Shown here piece by piece: positions 37,860-43,480 of a DNA stretch of 43,480 nt; position 1 is the stretch's first letter; the number at the start of each line of letters is the position of its first letter. The notes beneath the pieces are model-generated. The model saw only the letters and a program-made list of their open reading frames with translations, was not told where the DNA came from and searched no databases. This DNA comes from Choristocarpus tenellus KU-1152 (Eukaryota > Protista > Phaeophyceae): NCBI GenBank assembly GCA_964200185.2, contig CAXNAD020000028.1, positions 1-43,480 on the forward strand. Direction: 5' to 3'. A program made the translations under genes and the position numbers.

Positions 37860-40013
37860 CAGTATAAGTGTTAGGTACAGCTTGCTGGTCAGGCGCTCGC
37901 ATGGTGTATCGCCACCCAGGTACTCGTGTAGCATGCCTGTGGTCTTGTATGTGGCATCCGTCACCACGAAAAACCAGAACTCCTCCCTAGTCTAGCCTGG
38001 ATCAGCTGGCTGTGCGCCACTTGCATCACCTGTTTGATTGCCCGCTCAGCAATCCCGTTGCTCTGGGCGTGCGCGTGGGGGTCTTGCGACACTCCATGCC
38101 CCCGCTCTGTCAGCATGCACTGGAACCTTACACTCCTCCCGAACTCGCCAGTGCCATCCCCACTGATGCACCTCACCATCACCCCTTCCCGAGCCATCTC
38201 GTCGATGTAGGTGGTGGCACCCGCATTAGCGGTGTCCTTGGTATGCAGACCCATCACGCGCTTCTCCCGGCTGGTCTCGTCCACAAACACCTGGAAGTAC
38301 TTCATGCCCATCACATCCAGGTCGAAGGGTCCATCTGTGCACCACCTCCCCCACCGTCTTGGGACTGCGGCCGCCCCATGTGTAATTGAGTGCTTTGGGC
38401 TTGCACTCCTTGCATACCTGGCAGTGGAGCTCTGAGGCGACTGTGGCATCTGCGATGTCCAGGAGGCTGTGCTTCTGCAGGTGCTTAATCGCGAATGGGT
38501 TGAGGTGACCTATGATGTTGTGCCAGTCGGAGAGGGAGAGGCGCTGCTGCTTATTGGCGTAGCTAGCTTTGGCTATCGCCTGGTCCTCTTTTTTTACGTG
38601 AAACTAAGCCCACAGCATGAGGAAGGATCCCTTCTCCTCCAAATGGATCTTGGCTGCCCCTTTGTTGGTCTGGATGTAGCTCCTCCTGATCCCTGAGTCC
38701 ACGAACTCACCTCCCCTGCACCTCATGCTGCCTGTGCTGAGAAGCCTGCATGGCAGACCCGGTACCCGGAGCACATCCTGGAGCACAATCGTGGTCGGTG
38801 TGCCTGTCTCATCAGTTGTCTCCAGGACCATCTTGCCGGTTTCTTGTGCATCCAGTGTACCCTTGTTTCCAAAGGTGCAGGTGCAGGTGAGCGCTGTTGC
38901 TGCAGTGAGGTCCTGCAGTCGGGGAGTGAGGTGCATGTTTGCACCCAAGTCGCACAGGAGGCTGATGGTCTTGGGCAGATCCTGAGATGAAGCCAGGAGC
39001 GCTGCCCCGACCATCCTGTTGTACCCGTCTTCCCCAACAGACCACGTTCATGGCCAGGAACGCCCACGATCAGCCCTGGCGATCAGCCTTGGCACCTCCT
39101 CCACTGCCGCTGCTCTGATCCCTGGCTGGCGGTGGTGGGAACTTGTGCGCCGCCCCAAGCCCGTGGGGGCACTTATTCGGAGGTTTGCGGCCAGGTACGA
39201 GTGACACTCCTTCCACCTGTGGTTGTGTTTGAGACAAAAGGCACATTGGTTGAAACTTACACCGCTCCCGGACCCCTGTCTCCCTGTCGGTGTCCCTGCA
39301 CCGGTGTGGAGCGCCATAGCACCCGAGCTCCTGGTCATCTCCCCGTGACCTCCATCGTCATGTACGAAGAGGAGGAGATGATGGCTGTCTCGAGTTGGTT
39401 GTATGTGAGGTCCAGTGCTGTGGACAGCTGCGTGAACACCTGTGGCATGCTATCCCTCATGCCGATGATCATAGCCCCCCCCCCTTCTTGGCTTGGTCCT
39501 CCTTGGCCGCCTCCAGCTGCTCGTACTCCGTCCAGGCGAGATCGAGACGGATGACAAAGTCAGCAGCTTTCTCCACCGACAAGCAGTACATGTTCCGCAG
39601 CTTCATCTCAAGAGCTATGAGCTGCATGGGCCGCTGCACCATAGCATGCCCCCCATAGATTTGTTCTAGCTTGAGCCAGGCTGCCCTCCCGTTGGGGCTG
39701 CCGTTGTTTTCGTGAGTGCTGACCACCATTGCTGTGGCCTCCCTCATGGCCTGGCCCAGTAGGAACCACAAGGCCTCGTGATGCTTGATGTACTTGTCAT
39801 ATGTGCTGTGGTCCCCAAACGATATATCAGCCATCGGAGATGCAGGGATGTGGTACACCGGTTGGAGGATGCATGCAGTACAGTCCCTTCCCTCCCACAT
39901 AGCTCACAAGCGCCATCTGCCATTCTGCCCATTTCTCCCTTGTATGGCCCTGTGTGGAAGTCCATAGTGGCAGCTTACATGGGTCCGCTTCCATACCTGT
40001 GAGGCTCATAACC
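37860..40013 (-). mobile_element. Decayed Ty1/copia retrotransposon 1 (PBS, gag, zinc knuckle, protease, integrase; truncated before RT)
   Basis: Gag NGRAAWLKLEQIYGG (39469-39900), CX2CX4HX4C knuckle CAFCLKHNHRWKEC (39048-39338), protease LLCDLGANMHLTP...FGNKGTL (38604-39014), integrase YFQVFVDETSR...DGTGEF...QSNGIAERAIK (37961-38449). Integrase directly after protease is the copia order. Many frameshifts. Confidence 0.9.
40002..40013 (-). promoter_or_regulatory. Primer binding site of half-tRNA(iMet) type
   Basis: Minus strand ...TGCACA|GGTTATGAGCCT directly after a CA end and just before gag; resembles the GGTTATGGGCCC PBS of Drosophila copia (hemivirus type). Confidence 0.7.
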
Positions 40014-40085
40014 TGTGCAAAAAGAGCTGTTCAAATAGAGTTTTTGCTTTAAGTGATATTAATGAATTAATTAGCAGAGTCAACA
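40014..40085 (-). repeat. Short LTR-like segment (TG...CA, 72 bp) between two copia elements
   Basis: Minus strand: purine tract GAGGGGTGG (40094-40086), TGTTGAC...TGCACA, then PBS. No second copy found in the window. Confidence 0.55.
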
Positions 40086-42772
40086 CCACCCCTCGAGGGA
40101 GGAGAGATTGTTTGTATTTCTCATACTATCTTTGTTTGAGATGCCCGTTAGAGGCCATTCACTCGTTCCTCGCTTGTTCGTTCCACAGTCAGCATCTGCA
40201 TAGCCAATTAGGTGGTCCATTGGTGTATTCCCATACAATCCAAAATCTCCAAACGTAAACTCATGTTCTTTAGTACCTAACAGATGCCCTACTACTCTCT
40301 CAGCATTTAATCAACCACACCAATTTGAAATCTTCTCACAAGATGTCAGACTCTCCAACTGCAAAAGACGCATGAGGTCCCTAGTTATTATTACTGCCCA
40401 TTGCATACCACCAACCATTGATCTGTAGCCATCTGAAACAGGCCCCTCCTTCTCCACCACCCTCTTTGCGATTGACGGTACCTTGTAATTTGTGCCAATC
40501 CCGTATCTTTCTCCCAGCTCTCCAATGTATGAGCTCTGGTCCACCACAGGTGTCCTAGTCTTCCTGTTTCTCCTGATTCTGCAGCCCATGAACTCGGTCA
40601 CCTAACCCAAATTATCCTCTGGGAACTTCTCGTTCAATTCCCCAAATGATACGGATAGCATAGCCTGGAACATAAACAAATCTTCACCCACCATATGTGT
40701 AATGGTCTGTTCCACTTTTCCGTAAGGTTGAGGTGTTCCAAGGAAAGTATACTGATGCCAATCCTGTGTTCATCCTTCTTCCACTTGCCAGTCAAAATAT
40801 TGCCACCCTCCCTAGGCATACTTTTGAATCACCTCAGTAATATTCCGCTTTGTGCTCCATCGGATGAATGTCAATACGTGCAGCAGGTCTCACTCTACCA
40901 CTTGGCCCTCACTGGGCAGTAACATATGTTGCAGCCTCAACTAAGGTCAGTTCATCAGTTACCACAACATCCTCCTCTGGCATTACGTTCTCTCCAGTCC
41001 ACAGGTCAAGATCAACATCGACTCTGACCATCCTTGAGTTAGGCCTCTCATCCTCAACAGTTCCCCCTGGGTCCATGTTATCTCTTGCAACCCCTACAAG
41101 GGTATATTCTCCTGTCGCTACAACATCCTCCCCTGACATTGTATTCACTCCATTTGAACTCCCAATATCATCAACATCACGTCTGGCCATGCTTCAGATA
41201 GGCCTCTCCTTCTCAACAGTCAGTCCCCTCTGGAACAATGGTATCACCTACAATCCCTTCAATGGTATGCTCTCTTGTTGTTACATCCTTCTCTGACCTT
41301 GTGATCTCCTTTAGACGTTCACTCTCAGACGATATTTACTCCAACCCTCGTGGGGGCTAGTTCGTCTGTCCATGCCTCCACCTCGGCAAAAACTAGTCCT
41401 GACACGATCTTCTCTGGTACATAGGGTGATGGTCTTGTGGTATGTTAATAGGTTGCTTGAGCTAACTTTTATAGTAAACATTCCATAATGCTTCCCATCT
41501 GTCTTTTTATAGTGTAATCACGCTCCCCAGAAGAAGGGGTTAATCTTGGAATTTTCCATTTTCCAACATTATTCTCCACCTCACTGTTTCTCCTCTTGAA
41601 TCTTCAAAAATCCGCCAGTGCTCTTAACATCGCCTCTCCCCTTTCCTTTACCATTCTTCCTCTCCCTTCTGGGGTTTGGTCCAGAATTATTCGATCCTTT
41701 ACCAGTGTCACTTTAAGACCTCCACCACGTTTAGGACAGTATTTAAGCCTTGTGTCCTGTCACTCCACAAGCATAACAAGCACCTGTGTATGATCCGGAA
41801 GGTGACGAAACAACAGTGGGGCAAGAAGATTGAAAATGTGGTCCACCACACCACGCGTCCTGATTGTTGATCCTTTCAACACTCTGTAGTTTCGCCTCCC
41901 GCATGGACTCCACCCATTATCATTGCGTCGCAATTGCTCTTCTTGGAGTTTGTGCATGGTTTCACTGGCTCGTCTTTGAAGATCAAGTCTGATTGTGCGC
42001 CCTCTCCCAGTAGTCTGTCGATCTCAACAAAACACTCCTCCTAAAGGTAACTGTGCATTGCGCTAACCTCCTCGCTAGGCTCATCATTGATGGGCCTTAC
42101 CTTCTTGACCAGCCTGTCCAGCTCTAGAATGATCGTGGATGGATCTTCCCTTACAGGTAGATGGAGAGAATTTGACTTGGACAGCATGATTGCTCTTTCT
42201 TAAATAGCGTTCTGAGCAAGAGGGTTCCTCAGAGATTTGAACGCTTTTGAAGAACTGTCATGATTATCCGCAATTTGCTTGGCAAGTTCACCTAAGACTG
42301 TCACCAAGGCTGCCTTCTGGACTTCTCTCTCTGTCCATCTCGTTTCATCAAGCATGACACAGTTCACACAGAAGAACATCCTCCCATACATCAATGGAAG
42401 CACACGTATGTATGTTTCTCTCAAACGTTGGATATCCTTCCTGGTCATCATCGCCGTTGCGCACTTTGACAGGAATGGGATGAAAGGCCGCATGCCCTCT
42501 CCTGAGATCCTTGCAAAGTGCATGGTTTTGCTAACCAACCGCCTGTTCGTCTTCATCCTCCAACTTTGACTCAATTTCCACCCCACCATCTTCAGCTGCT
42601 GTTATTGGTGCCATCTCTTTATACACCACTCTTCTCAACGCGGGTCTGCTATTACTGATGAACGCCTCCATTAGCACTCCTCCTCCAAGCAATTTACGGT
42701 AGCCTTGAAAACTTAGCACAATTCAGTAAGGCTACCTAGCACGTTAAAGCTGATGTTCCCAATACTGTCCAT
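40086..42772 (-). mobile_element. Decayed, internally deleted Ty1/copia retrotransposon 2 (gag, zinc knuckle, RT and RNase H fragments, PPT)
   Basis: Gag-like SSSKAFKSL...REDPSTIILELDRL (about 42050-42590), knuckle CYACGVTGHKA (about 41745-41780), RT start PREGGNILTGKW, RT end FMGCRIRRNRK...DQSSYIGELGERYG...YRSMVGGMQW (40311-40601), RNase H start LIGYADAD (about 40190-40215). Confidence 0.85.
40960..41225. repeat. Diverged ~156-bp duplication inside copia element 2
   Basis: ACAACATCCTCC..TG.CATT...ATCAACATC...TCTG.CCAT.CTT...TAGGCCTCTC...CTCAACAGT occurs from 40964 and again from 41120. Confidence 0.75.
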
Positions 42773-43317
42773 ATAAATGACTTGATTAATTCCTTAACGG
42801 GTTGGACAGGCTGTAGATAAAGGAATGAAGGAGGAGTGAATCTTTAAGCTCAAGAGGGGGGGGTTCTCTTCCACCAAATCTATCCTACTCTGTGGATAAT
42901 TTATCACTCATCACAGATTACTTTCTGCACAAATTACTTGTTACAATATTTCTTGTTCCTGAACTCTTCTTCTATATTCTTGACAAGTAGTGCTTCTTGG
43001 AATGACGTCATCTTGTAAATGAAGAAATGATTAGACACAGCACCAACCGTGCTCACGAACAGATTTGACCCAGACATTGTGTTACCGAGTAAGTATCAAC
43101 GCCAATTCAGTCAGTGTTGATGGAGATCTCACTGTATCTAGAATCACAACCCATTACCTACCTTCTACATGTCAGAACTTAAAACAATGTCACATCTAGT
43201 AAGTGGGTACAGCGTCTTGTATTATAAATGGATAAGAGAGGATGGCGCATATTTTAGTCACCTTAATGACAACCAAGCTTGACAAGAGGCTCAAAGTATC
43301 TGGGGGGGTGTGGCGGC

Positions 43318-43429
43318 TGTCCATTCGGGGCCCATTTTTCCATGTCGCGATTTTTGTGTGCTTTGGTTGCATGTGTTGGATGGATAATTAATGTAAGTGC
43401 ACTTTTCCTGATCAGGGCCCGAATGGACA
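43318..43429. mobile_element. MITE-like element, family A (short copy)
   Basis: Inverted repeat TGTCCATTCGGGGCCC (43318-43333) / GGGCCCGAATGGACA (43415-43429), with an outer G7/C7 inverted pair at about 43299-43308 and 43451-43460. Confidence 0.6.
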
Positions 43430-43480
43430 CCCAGGTGTAGTAAACCTTATCCCCCCCACAACTACTCGCGGTATTCTAGG

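Overview
Eukaryotic, intron-rich genomic DNA, most likely from a photosynthetic stramenopile (brown alga or close relative). This is inferred from two genes with signal peptide + Phe-starting transit peptide leaders and from GT-AG introns of 0.1-2.3 kb. Four spliced genes can be rebuilt by hand with consistent splice phases: (1) the last 8 exons of splicing factor SF3B3/SAP130 (+, 976-8454); (2) a probably plastid-targeted Asp/Asn beta-hydroxylase-family dioxygenase (+, 17468-22408), with a GC-AG intron and a frame conflict at its first metal-binding His; (3) ZNF207/BuGZ (+, 24938-26885); (4) a convergent, probably plastid-targeted At4g37920/CDB1-like gene (-, 34024-27201). The rest is tandem repeats, small inverted-repeat (MITE-like) elements, decayed coding relics, an internally deleted pogo-like element, and two decayed Ty1/copia retrotransposons joined head-to-tail through one short LTR-like segment with a half-tRNA-type primer site. 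CpG looks depleted except near gene starts. No CRISPR, rRNA or convincing tRNA was seen. I found no clearly new biological system; the most unusual items are the hydroxylase exon-6 anomaly, the copia junction, the CpG pattern and an unidentified spliced pseudogene. Family assignments rest on recalled motifs, not database searches.
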